A stretch of 64,000 nucleotides of DNA from an uncultured Gammaproteobacteria bacterium (GTDB lineage Bacteria; Patescibacteriota; Microgenomatia; Levybacterales; UBA12049): assembly GCA_964635045.1 (NCBI GenBank), contig CAZWMJ010000004.1:2205-66204 (forward strand), read 5' to 3'. The notes under the pieces were generated by a model that saw only the letters and a list, made by a program, of their open reading frames with translations, had not been told where the DNA came from and ran no database searches. Every line of letters starts with the position of its first letter. Positions within the stretch are counted from its first letter, which is position 1. Below, piece by piece: positions 18,109 to 26,529 of this stretch. Both the position numbers and the translations under genes were made by a program.

Positions 18109-18746
18109 ACGTTTCCACCGGTTGTAATAATTGACGGTTTTTCATCGGTTTCAATATGGACTTCCTGATAATCGTCGTTATAGAAACTATAAAAAAGCGA
18201 AACCAGCTCTTCTCTTTTTAAGATTTTTGACCGAAGACCAAGTCTGCCGAATTGTTCACTAAGAGAAGTGGCTTTGGTGTGAAGGCCGGTTTTGGCCGAA
18301 GATCTAAAATCGTTCCTGCCAAACGCTCCGCCAACGCCTTTCTCCAAAGAGGTGTAGGGCAAAACAATATAGAATTTTTTATCTAAAACAGCGTTAACGC
18401 TGACCAGATTTTCCACGAAATCTTTATAAAGTGTTCTATAAGATTTTGTCTTTTCGTCTTGGGCTTTTTCCAGTTCCTCATTCAGCAGTTTAACATAAGA
18501 GCCGATGCTGACCCGTTTATTTTTAATCAAAATTTGAATAGGGAACGGCAGGGAGTTTAAAAGCGAGGCGTAAGCATAAATTTTGCTGTTTTGTTCTTCT
18601 CTGGAAAGAAGAGCAAAATTGGCCGCCTGTATTTCGATGATTAAGCAGGCGTTGCCGGAGGAAAAAAAGACCATATCTTCCACGATGTCTTCTATTTCCG
18701 TAAACTTTTGGGTTGATGATTTAGTTTTTTGAATTTTATCTGCCAT
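18105..18746 (-). CDS. T4SS operon protein, possibly a VirB4 N-terminal-domain-like accessory protein
   Basis: 213 aa and soluble. It overlaps the virB4 start by 4 nt. The segment IEDIVEDMVFFSSGNACLIIEIQAANFALLSREEQ resembles the opening of VirB4 N-domains. This is a weak by-eye call. Confidence 0.5.
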   Translation of the reverse strand: MADKIQKTKSSTQKFTEIEDIVEDMVFFSSGNACLIIEIQAANFALLSREEQNSKIYAYASLLNSLPFPIQILIKNKRVSIGSYVKLLNEELEKAQDEKTKSYRTLYKDFVENLVSVNAVLDKKFYIVLPYTSLEKGVGGAFGRNDFRSSAKTGLHTKATSLSEQFGRLGLRSKILKREELVSLFYSFYNDDYQEVHIETDEKPSIITTGGNV

Positions 18747-18749
18747 AAT

Positions 18750-19964
18750 TTAATTAAAAAGCGACCTGCGCAGTTCCTCCCGCTCATCCGTTGAAATAAC
18801 CTCCAGCGGCAACATAGCAACGCCTTCGGCGATTATTTCCACAGCGTCGAATTTATGCTGGCCTTTGGGATCTTCAAAAACCACGGTGTAGGTGCCATTG
18901 CTAAGAGAAGTTGCCGAGGAGAATTGGCCTAAGGCGTTGGTCTTAAAAGCCCTGACCGCATTGCCGTCTTTGTCTTTTACCTCAACTAAAATATTGGGCA
19001 GGACATTATTTCGAGAATCCTTGATGATCCCGCTTATCAAGTTGGGAAAGTCCGCTCCGGCGATGATTGGCGCGCCGACAGTTTTACTTAAGTCTTTGGG
19101 CACGGTTCTGACATTGGGAGTGACTGTTTTGGTGGGGGTAAAACCTGTTTGTTTTTGCAGATTAAATTGTTTCTGCAAAGTCAGCATCTGATCTTCAAGC
19201 GCTTTTTTCTCCGACAAAGTTTGCTGCAACTGCGCTTCCAGCTCCAGCACTTTTTCATGAATACCGGGAGCGGAGACGACATCCTTTTTTTCTTCCTCTT
19301 GTTTTTTGGCGGCCTTAAGCGCTTCTTTAATAAGGTTTGTTTCCTTTTCTAGCTCTTCGCTGGTTTTTTGCTCCATGACATTAGTCGGTTTTTCTTCTTC
19401 AAATTGCGGCTCTGTTTGTTCTGTTGGTAATTGATTCCCTATTTCTTTAATTGTTAATAATCGGGGTTTGTCGTTAGCTGGCTGTTTCGTATTCTTACCG
19501 GGAGAAAAAAGCGAGGAAATGCTGCTAAAAAAAACCGTTTCTTTTTCATCGAGTTTGCCGGCCGGTTTTTTAGCGGTAGCGCTTAAAAAACGTTCCAGCT
19601 TTTCTTTGCTTTCGGGAGCGGTTGTTTTTGCTTTGGGATGAGATTTTTTGGGTGGAGGAGGAAAAGACAGGCTCACTCCCGCTTTTTGAAAAAGATATTG
19701 ATTGGGGCTAAACATGGCTCTTAAGAAATAAGAAACCATGGTATCCAATGGTCGTCCGTCAATGGGAACGAAAGATAGGGAAAAACCAAAGCCGGCGCAA
19801 AAAAACGAGATAAAAATTTTTATAAAAAATGGCAAAGGAGAGATAAAAAACAAGTAGGCCAAAAATGCGCCGCCGGCCAAATAAGCAAACTGCTTAATGG
19901 TCATATCTCCGATCAGCTTAAACTGAAAGCCGGTGATGTCTTGCGGAATGGGATGATTTTCCAT
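18750..19964 (-). CDS. PrgI/VirB3-like membrane protein fused to a coiled-coil and a CarboxypepD_reg-like beta-sandwich
   Basis: 404 aa. The N-terminus PIPQDITGFQFKLIGDMTIKQFAYLAGGAFLAYLFF plus two TM helices matches the PrgI family pattern. The C-terminus ISGIIKDSRNNVLPNILVEVKDKDGNAVRAFKTNALGQFS...GTYTVVFEDP is a typical carboxypeptidase-regulatory-like fold motif. Confidence 0.65.
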   Translation of the reverse strand: MENHPIPQDITGFQFKLIGDMTIKQFAYLAGGAFLAYLFFISPLPFFIKIFISFFCAGFGFSLSFVPIDGRPLDTMVSYFLRAMFSPNQYLFQKAGVSLSFPPPPKKSHPKAKTTAPESKEKLERFLSATAKKPAGKLDEKETVFFSSISSLFSPGKNTKQPANDKPRLLTIKEIGNQLPTEQTEPQFEEEKPTNVMEQKTSEELEKETNLIKEALKAAKKQEEEKKDVVSAPGIHEKVLELEAQLQQTLSEKKALEDQMLTLQKQFNLQKQTGFTPTKTVTPNVRTVPKDLSKTVGAPIIAGADFPNLISGIIKDSRNNVLPNILVEVKDKDGNAVRAFKTNALGQFSSATSLSNGTYTVVFEDPKGQHKFDAVEIIAEGVAMLPLEVISTDEREELRRSLFN

Positions 19965-20002
19965 TACAAACAGTGTACCTCGTGAAAAATCCTATTGCAA
20001 GA

Positions 20003-20083
20003 TTATCAAAATAGGTCAAAATCGCGTCTGACGCGATCAAAACCAAGTCCGACTTGGTCAAAACCAAGCTGAGCGTGGTAAAA
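20003..20083. repeat. array of three short stem-loops separated by TCAAAA (copy 1 of an intergenic repeat)
   Basis: The three stem-loops are CGCG-TCTGA-CGCG, CCAAG-TCCGA-CTTGG and CCAAG-CTGAG-CGTGG, each followed by (G/A)TCAAAA or TAAAA. About 45 nt are identical to 21070..21130. Confidence 0.75.
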
Positions 20084-20102
20084 CGGGGTTAAACTAATAG
20101 TA

Positions 20103-20768
20103 CTAAAACGGTGGTTTTGCCTCAAGAAGAAGTTTATGAGCTAGAGATACGAAGTAATGCTCAAGCGCTCTTTTTTGTAACGGTACAAGCATTTCTGGAA
20201 AGTTTTGCAGCGTTTTTACTTCAAGAAATAGGTGCGCGAGGTAAAAGTTTGAAAGTCCCAAGTCTTTTTTCTTCGCGTCTTGCAAGAGCCTGTTAAAGGT
20301 AAGCTGATTTTGTTTTTTAAGGATAAAATAGAGATCAATGAAGTCCTTGGCCTCGGTTCTGCCGAATATGGCGGTAATTTTATTGCTTCCAATATTCTCA
20401 ACGGAATCAACGCGAATCTTGCCGAAGGTTTTTATGCGGCCAAAGTGCACAGGCTGTTCTCTTACAAGGTCTATTTTTAGTTCTTCACTTTTGTTAATAA
20501 GGAAAAATTTGTGGTATCCCTCTGTTGCCAGACGGTGATCAAGTTTTGTTTTTGTCTTCTCTGCAACGGATGTTAGCATTTGTTTTACAGGAGCAATCTC
20601 GATATCCTCAAAAGTAAAGAGGTCAAGGTCAACGCTTTTTCTGTGGTGAAAATAAAACCCGGCAAGGGCGGTACCACCAGTAAGAAAGTACGTTTGGCCA
20701 GCCGGCCATTCGAAGAAGTTTTGGAGAACCTCCTCTTGAAGCCTAGTGAGTGGATTTTTCTTTTTCAT
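20103..20768 (-). CDS. AbiEii/AbiGii-type nucleotidyltransferase toxin (type IV TA family)
   Basis: 221 aa. The motif FLTGGTALAGFYFHHRKSVDLDLFT matches the AbiEii (DUF1814) nucleotidyltransferase core. It is paralogous to 40219..40851. Confidence 0.7.
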   Translation of the reverse strand: MKKKNPLTRLQEEVLQNFFEWPAGQTYFLTGGTALAGFYFHHRKSVDLDLFTFEDIEIAPVKQMLTSVAEKTKTKLDHRLATEGYHKFFLINKSEELKIDLVREQPVHFGRIKTFGKIRVDSVENIGSNKITAIFGRTEAKDFIDLYFILKKQNQLTFNRLLQDAKKKDLGLSNFYLAHLFLEVKTLQNFPEMLVPLQKRALEHYFVSLAHKLLLEAKPPF

Positions 20769-21018
20769 ACTTGCTCCAGAGATTAAGCGTATACTGCCAG
20801 ATTTTTTTAATCTTTGGGCGTAGGTGAACAGAGGAGAATAATTCGCGAAGCTGTGGGAGCGTTATATACTTCCAGAGCGTATCGAAAGGAAGATTCTCAA
20901 GCATTCTCCCAATAGCCCAAGCCTTCTCCTTCCTTGTTCCTCTTTGAAGTTTCGCCAGAAGTTCCTTTTCGCTAAAATTGTAGTCCCAAAACGCCTGTTT
21001 TAACAACATATGTTTCAT
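20743..21018 (-). CDS. small partner protein of the AbiEii-like toxin (putative antitoxin)
   Basis: 91 aa. It overlaps the toxin start by 26 nt and shares the FWDYNFS motif with 40803..41102 (FWDIDFS). Confidence 0.55.
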   Translation of the reverse strand: MKHMLLKQAFWDYNFSEKELLAKLQRGTRKEKAWAIGRMLENLPFDTLWKYITLPQLRELFSSVHLRPKIKKIWQYTLNLWSKYEKEKSTH

Positions 21019-21069
21019 AAGAGTAGTATAGTGAAAAAATGAGAAAATCGCAAGCGAAGGGCGGTTTTT

Positions 21070-21130
21070 TTAGAGAAAATATCAAAATAGGTCAAAATCG
21101 CGTCTGACGCGGCCAAAACCAAGCTGAGCT
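21070..21130. repeat. stem-loop array, copy 2 (two units)
   Basis: The sequence ATCAAAATAGGTCAAAATCGCGTCTGACGCG..CAAAACCAAGCTGAGCTTGGTCAAAA repeats the 20003..20083 element, so the TA pair is flanked on both sides. Confidence 0.75.
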
Positions 21131-21163
21131 TGGTCAAAATTAGGCAAAAGAAACAATTATAAT

Positions 21164-24058
21164 CTAAGGAGCAGAGGAGACAATTTCCACCCCTTGTTTT
21201 TTCGCTTCTTCCAGGGCTCTTCCATCTGTGAGGTAGACAGCATTTTGACTAGTAAAATCAACTTTATCAAGATCGGTTATTCTAGGGGCAAGATGCGAAG
21301 CGCTAGATCTGTCAATCGCGGGATAGAGGGTTGCTGTCGGAAAATATAATACTTTGTCTGGTTTTCCTTCCCCCACCATTGATAATCTATCTCTTTTTAG
21401 CAAGAGAGCTCCTGATACTTGATTAATCATTGCCTCCCTATCAACATAGGTGAAACTACCATCGTCACGATATACCCCTTGACCTTTAATATTCCATCCC
21501 CAGGCCATAATCATGCCAAGCTTTCCTCCGTTCTGTCTTGAGAGATCGTTGACAATATCAATATTTTGTAGCGCTTCATTTACCCCTCCCTTATTTGTAG
21601 ACTGACCCGCCAAACCCCAGCTATTGGCAGAGGTCCAAAGCATAAGGGGTTTTTCATAGGTTTTTGATAACCAGCCCAAGGTTCGCACCATGCCGGACAG
21701 GAGATTAATATCCTGTTTGGTTAATGGCCAATTAGAAGGATTGTCATGCAAGTGGGTATCGGCAGAAAAAATGAATGTATCTGGTGTTTCTCTAAAAATC
21801 CGTTCAACATCGGGGAAAAATGGGGTATCACGTTGTATGTGAAAAGTCATCATGGTTCGCAAGCTGGGATTTAACTCCTTCCATAAATTTGCACTCCAGG
21901 CTGCATAGTCGGCAATAACTCCCGATGTAAACTCTCCGCGTTGATATGGGGAGGCTTCTGCAAACTTTACACCGTACCGTTGTTCAAATGCGGCCATTGC
22001 ATGGGGGGAGAAGTCAGAACCCATTGGTTCGTCAGCCAAATTGATAGCAATAACATGAGGATATTTTTTAATAATAGTTTCGTTAACCCAACGATAGTAA
22101 TCGCCAATGTCTTTCTTGTACTCTAGTGAATATGGGCTGGTTGTTTCTCCGCTTTTCCATTGGTTCATCAGATTGCCATTTACGTCTCTCCGTAATTCTC
22201 CAGGATGTTTGTCATTCCATTCCTGACCCATTTGTATTTGATAGCCAATTGGTAAAACAACATTTAAACCAATTTCAGCGCTAGCATCGAGCGCATTAAC
22301 AATTGCTTGATGTATCTTTTCAGCATTCTCTTTATTGGGAGTATTTTTTTGCAGAGCAAACCAGACGGCAGGAGCAAGACCTGGTTCACTGCCATTTGGA
22401 TCTGTATTACCCGGATTATTATGTCCAATGTAAATAACATTTGCTCCTAAATCTTTCATTCGACGCATGTCTTTAGCCATCTCTTCCTTTGAGGTTCCGG
22501 GTATTGCGGTGTAGGCCCAGCCCACTTTATTTTCGAAGGGAATCAATCTCTCCCTGCCTTCTGCTTTCATTTCTTCCATGACATACTCCAGAAGCGGTCC
22601 AATTTGGGCTGTCATCCAGGAAGCTTGTCCGCTTTTTTCGTCAAGATTGATATAGCCCCATTTTTCGGGCTCACCCTCATTCTTTAATTCAAATCCTTTG
22701 TCTCTTAACTGAAAAACAATTACCGCCTGGGCGCCATATTTTCTGGCCTCCTTTATAATTTGAACGGTTCTTTGGCCCCTATCTTTGGGATCATTTGACC
22801 CGCCTTCGGAAATAATAAAAGGAACGCTGTCGCCAAATTCTTTTTTAAGAGCCTCAACCTGTTTTTTTATCCGAGAGGGATCATGAAAGACGTGGAGGGA
22901 AAAAACAAACTGACTAAGATCAACACCCTGATTTCTTAATTGTTTAGCAAGTTCTGCTGTCCTCCCATTTATCTTCTCATCTTCCCAATAGTCGAGGAGA
23001 CTTCCTATGATTAAATTTACATTTACTCCTTTTCTTTTTAAGATGTCGGACGTCTGTGAAATAAACTTGGCAAAACTTTCCAGAGTTCTATCTTCCTGTA
23101 TTTCTTCCTCCCAGAATTTAGGTAAATCCGGCTCGTTACCCAGTTCTAAAGCAAAATTTTTGTAATTTCCCATTAAAGATAAAATCCGATCAAGTCTTTT
23201 AGCGGCTTCCTCATCCGGCAATAATCTGGTGGGATTGTAGGCGATGATAATTTTTAAGTTTAGCTGCTTGGCTTTATTGATGGTTTTTAAGGCCTCGGAT
23301 TTTCGTTGGAAATCTTTTTCATTGGCTTGATCAAGGGAAAGTCTGACAATACCCGCTCCTATTTGGGGGATTTTTTCAACAAGCTGCGGGTATTCGGAGT
23401 CAAAACCAAGCCAGGAAAGAGCTTGTTTACCCTCAATCCAGAGGACCTCTTTTAGCTGGATATCGCCGAATGGAACTTCGAAATCTCCGTTTTCTGTTCT
23501 GACTAAAAATCTGCCATTGCCGGCCGGTCCTAAAACCTCTAAATCTTTATTGGTAATTTCAACTTCTGCCGGCGTATTGGCGCCGGGAAGAAAAAATGTC
23601 GGTTTTTCCACGGCAATAGTGGCCTGTGACAGCCGTGTTGGGTTTGTTTCCTTTTCTTCATGGATAGTTTGGGCGCTCAAGATAGCAGGGGTTAACAGCC
23701 CCGCCGCTACTTTTGGCAATACATCTTGAGCTGCCGTGCCTGCCATTAAGGCCGCCATGCCCGCCGCCGCCAACCGCTTAGCGTTCCTTTGTTTCCAGGA
23801 AAGCATTTTGGTTGGTTTTTTTCCGATGACCCTGACAAGTTCATCTGCCGGAACATACTTTGGAGTTTTTTGAGCGGTTTGTGATTCTCTAAAAGCCGCC
23901 AATGTCGTAGTTAGCGTGTCAGGATTAACACGGGAAAAATCAGGAGCGGTGGGAAATTCTCTGAAAGCTGCTAATGTTGTATTTAGCGTGTTGGGGTTAA
24001 CACGAGAAAAATCGGGGGTAGGAGGCGAACCAGAAATTATTTCTGTCATTATTATCAA
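21164..24058 (-). CDS. bitopic protein with two TIM-barrel glycoside-hydrolase-like domains (clan GH-A signatures)
   Basis: 964 aa. The N-terminus holds a tandem 20-aa motif (PDFSRVNPxTLxTTLAAFRE, two copies) followed by one TM helix. Domain 1 has ALELGNEPD and IISEGGS. Domain 2 has AINLADEPMG. NEP/DEP acid-base motifs are typical of GH5/GH42-like enzymes. Confidence 0.6.
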   Translation of the reverse strand: MIIMTEIISGSPPTPDFSRVNPNTLNTTLAAFREFPTAPDFSRVNPDTLTTTLAAFRESQTAQKTPKYVPADELVRVIGKKPTKMLSWKQRNAKRLAAAGMAALMAGTAAQDVLPKVAAGLLTPAILSAQTIHEEKETNPTRLSQATIAVEKPTFFLPGANTPAEVEITNKDLEVLGPAGNGRFLVRTENGDFEVPFGDIQLKEVLWIEGKQALSWLGFDSEYPQLVEKIPQIGAGIVRLSLDQANEKDFQRKSEALKTINKAKQLNLKIIIAYNPTRLLPDEEAAKRLDRILSLMGNYKNFALELGNEPDLPKFWEEEIQEDRTLESFAKFISQTSDILKRKGVNVNLIIGSLLDYWEDEKINGRTAELAKQLRNQGVDLSQFVFSLHVFHDPSRIKKQVEALKKEFGDSVPFIISEGGSNDPKDRGQRTVQIIKEARKYGAQAVIVFQLRDKGFELKNEGEPEKWGYINLDEKSGQASWMTAQIGPLLEYVMEEMKAEGRERLIPFENKVGWAYTAIPGTSKEEMAKDMRRMKDLGANVIYIGHNNPGNTDPNGSEPGLAPAVWFALQKNTPNKENAEKIHQAIVNALDASAEIGLNVVLPIGYQIQMGQEWNDKHPGELRRDVNGNLMNQWKSGETTSPYSLEYKKDIGDYYRWVNETIIKKYPHVIAINLADEPMGSDFSPHAMAAFEQRYGVKFAEASPYQRGEFTSGVIADYAAWSANLWKELNPSLRTMMTFHIQRDTPFFPDVERIFRETPDTFIFSADTHLHDNPSNWPLTKQDINLLSGMVRTLGWLSKTYEKPLMLWTSANSWGLAGQSTNKGGVNEALQNIDIVNDLSRQNGGKLGMIMAWGWNIKGQGVYRDDGSFTYVDREAMINQVSGALLLKRDRLSMVGEGKPDKVLYFPTATLYPAIDRSSASHLAPRITDLDKVDFTSQNAVYLTDGRALEEAKKQGVEIVSSAP

Positions 24059-24145
24059 TTATATGTCTTTTTATTTTTTAAGCAAACGCGATACAACAGG
24101 CGTCAGTTACCGCTTTTAAGGCTGTAAGGTTTCTATCAAAGTCAC

Positions 24146-26527
24146 TCAGCGACCTTCTTTTCTTGATAAATTTCGATCCAGTTTGGGTGAACCCAGGGCA
24201 ATATAGGGACCTTTCACACTGTCGGAATTTTCAGCTGGCTGCCTTTTATCCGGATCTACTTTGGCTCCCCGGTCAATTGCCTCGTAACCTTCTTCTTTCA
24301 AAGCTTGAACAATTTCCTGCTGCAGCAGTCTAGCTAAAGCTTCGCTGGAAACCCGATGCTTTGCATCTGCCATGGCATACTCATTGGGAAAGTACGTTTC
24401 AGCTCCCACTGCATTGGGATTATCCAGGCCGTTAAAATGGAGCGACACGTAAGCCACTTTTCGATCTTCTCTCTCATCAGGAATTCGCAGGGCTTCGGCC
24501 ATGGCCAAGAGCAGAGCTTTTCTTTTTTGCAGTCTTTCAATGTTGGAGACCAAACCGTCTCCGTCAATATCTTCATCATTGGGGTTTTCGGGGCGTAACA
24601 CGACAATATCATATCTGCCTTTGCTTTCCCTTAATAATTCCTGTGCTGTTAGTCGGGCTAGCTCCCACGTCATATCTTTTTCCGCCAGCTTTTCCCCTTC
24701 GACACTGGTAGTCCCTGCTCCTATGTCTGCGGCCCCATGCCCGGGATCCAGGCCGATAACTGCGTGAGAGTCTCCGTAATGCTCTGCTATGGCTTTGGCA
24801 TGAGCCCTGGCCAGACCGTATAAAATCTTATTTCTTCTGTCCTGGGGAAATTGGGCCAGCTCTTTTAAGAATAAGCTTTCGGTTAAGACCGCATCGTGGC
24901 TTCCTCTCAACATACCGATCCATGGAGCCACTTCCCCGTAACTTAACTCCCGGGGGTAATAGATCTTTGATTCGGGCAATTTGGGTATTTCCTCTTCTTC
25001 TCTGTCTTGGGTCATTTTGAGAAGCTGCCTTCGTACCTCCTCCCTGATCGGTTTCCAATAATTTTCTCTGGGATTTGATGATCCGGGATTACCGCCTCGG
25101 ATCTTGGTAATGGCTACTCCTTCTATGCCGGCGCCGACCACAAAATTGCGATTGTTAATAACTAACCCGGCCATTTCCGGAGTGCCCAGCTCCCAACCGC
25201 CCGAAAACTGTTGTAAAATACCCTCTCCTGTCATTTTGACAATTTCTTCCAAAGCAGGCGAGAGCATACCCTCCAGATCAAAATCCGGATTGAGTCTGCC
25301 TTGTTTGATTTTCGCAAGCACTATATCTCGCAAGGCTAGCGCCAGACGACCTTTATTAAAAGGGTTTTTCTGAGATTCTTCTACCAACCTTTTGAAAAAT
25401 GCCACTAAAACTTCCTGCTGGCGGCCGGCCCTGACATAATCACTGCCTCCCTGGTGCGTACGGCTGCGCGAATATTTTAAGGCAGTGGCTCCGTTTAGTT
25501 TCTGTCTGCCTTTGGCCAGATAAAAAGGGTCAATGCCGGCCCCTTCTTTGGTGGGATATTTTTTATCATCAATTGTGCTTTCAACATCAACTTCCACATA
25601 CCCCACTGTTTTATCAATCATATCCTCCAAAACATCGAAACGCGATACGCTGGCGAGATCTATGGACAAACCGGTGGCATTTTCCAAGACTTCTTTAACC
25701 AGATTAATGCCACCCAGTTGATGAGCGAAATTAATGCGCGACCAGGCCTCGTTTTTACCCTCCCGCCACACTTCCGGGGACTGCAAATCGCGTGGAAGAG
25801 AAAGAAAAAAAACAGTGTTGGTGGGCAAATGATAAGAAAAAACCATCATGGAATCTGTCATGGTGCCTTCCTTGCCAATCCCCAACAACACTCCATTGAT
25901 TCTACTTTCATTAAGTTCCTTATCAATTCTTTTTAAATAATCCGGGTCTTCTTTGACTCTTTTATCTCTAATTTGTCTTACTTCCGATATGATCCTGGGC
26001 AAAATCATTTCCCGCAAAATTTCCCTCTTGGTTGGCTCAACTTTGGCCGCTTCCAGGAGCACTCCCCCTACAGGCGCAGCTTCTGCCTCAAGATGTTTGA
26101 TGATTTGAGGTATTTCCGGAGTGGGTAAAACTTCCCCCGCCTCCGCGGCCGGCACTCCCATCATCATGGGCTCGGCAGTTCTAACAGGAGCAGGAGCAGG
26201 CGCCAAAAGCGGCCCCATCAATCTCTGGAAGACTTGATCTGCTGCTAATCCGGCTCCCACACCGGCCGCTATTGCCAGAAGCTTTCTTCTGGAAATACCT
26301 TGTTTTCTGACCTGCGGAGACAGGGGAAGTTCTTCTTTGGTTGGTTTTCGAGCGGCTGGCTTTTCTCGAACAGCGACTAAGGTTGTCCTTAGCGTGTCAG
26401 GATTAACACGGGAAAAATCAGGATCGGCTGGGGGTTCTCTGAAAGCTGCTAATGTTGTAGTTAGCGTGTCAGGATTAACACGGGAAAAATCAGGAGTAGA
26501 AGGTGGAGCGGAAATTGTTTCTGCCAT
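24146..26527 (-). CDS. bitopic LytR-CpsA-Psr (LCP) domain + N-acetylmuramoyl-L-alanine amidase (amidase_3) fusion protein
   Basis: 793 aa with the same tandem N-terminal motif and a TM helix. LCP blocks are MTDSMMVFSY...LSLPRDL, GGINLVKEVLENATGLSID and LNGATALKYSRSR...RAGRQQEV. Amidase_3 blocks are GLDPGHGAADIGA, VSLHFNG and GAETYF. Confidence 0.75.
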   Translation of the reverse strand: MAETISAPPSTPDFSRVNPDTLTTTLAAFREPPADPDFSRVNPDTLRTTLVAVREKPAARKPTKEELPLSPQVRKQGISRRKLLAIAAGVGAGLAADQVFQRLMGPLLAPAPAPVRTAEPMMMGVPAAEAGEVLPTPEIPQIIKHLEAEAAPVGGVLLEAAKVEPTKREILREMILPRIISEVRQIRDKRVKEDPDYLKRIDKELNESRINGVLLGIGKEGTMTDSMMVFSYHLPTNTVFFLSLPRDLQSPEVWREGKNEAWSRINFAHQLGGINLVKEVLENATGLSIDLASVSRFDVLEDMIDKTVGYVEVDVESTIDDKKYPTKEGAGIDPFYLAKGRQKLNGATALKYSRSRTHQGGSDYVRAGRQQEVLVAFFKRLVEESQKNPFNKGRLALALRDIVLAKIKQGRLNPDFDLEGMLSPALEEIVKMTGEGILQQFSGGWELGTPEMAGLVINNRNFVVGAGIEGVAITKIRGGNPGSSNPRENYWKPIREEVRRQLLKMTQDREEEEIPKLPESKIYYPRELSYGEVAPWIGMLRGSHDAVLTESLFLKELAQFPQDRRNKILYGLARAHAKAIAEHYGDSHAVIGLDPGHGAADIGAGTTSVEGEKLAEKDMTWELARLTAQELLRESKGRYDIVVLRPENPNDEDIDGDGLVSNIERLQKRKALLLAMAEALRIPDEREDRKVAYVSLHFNGLDNPNAVGAETYFPNEYAMADAKHRVSSEALARLLQQEIVQALKEEGYEAIDRGAKVDPDKRQPAENSDSVKGPYIALGSPKLDRNLSRKEGR

Positions 26528-26529
26528 TA

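Noticed and set aside
20003-20083. The short periodic hairpin units might be a CRISPR array.
   Set aside because: There are only 2-3 units of about 21 nt with no unique spacers between them. The unit length is far below CRISPR repeat-spacer periodicity, and no cas genes are present.
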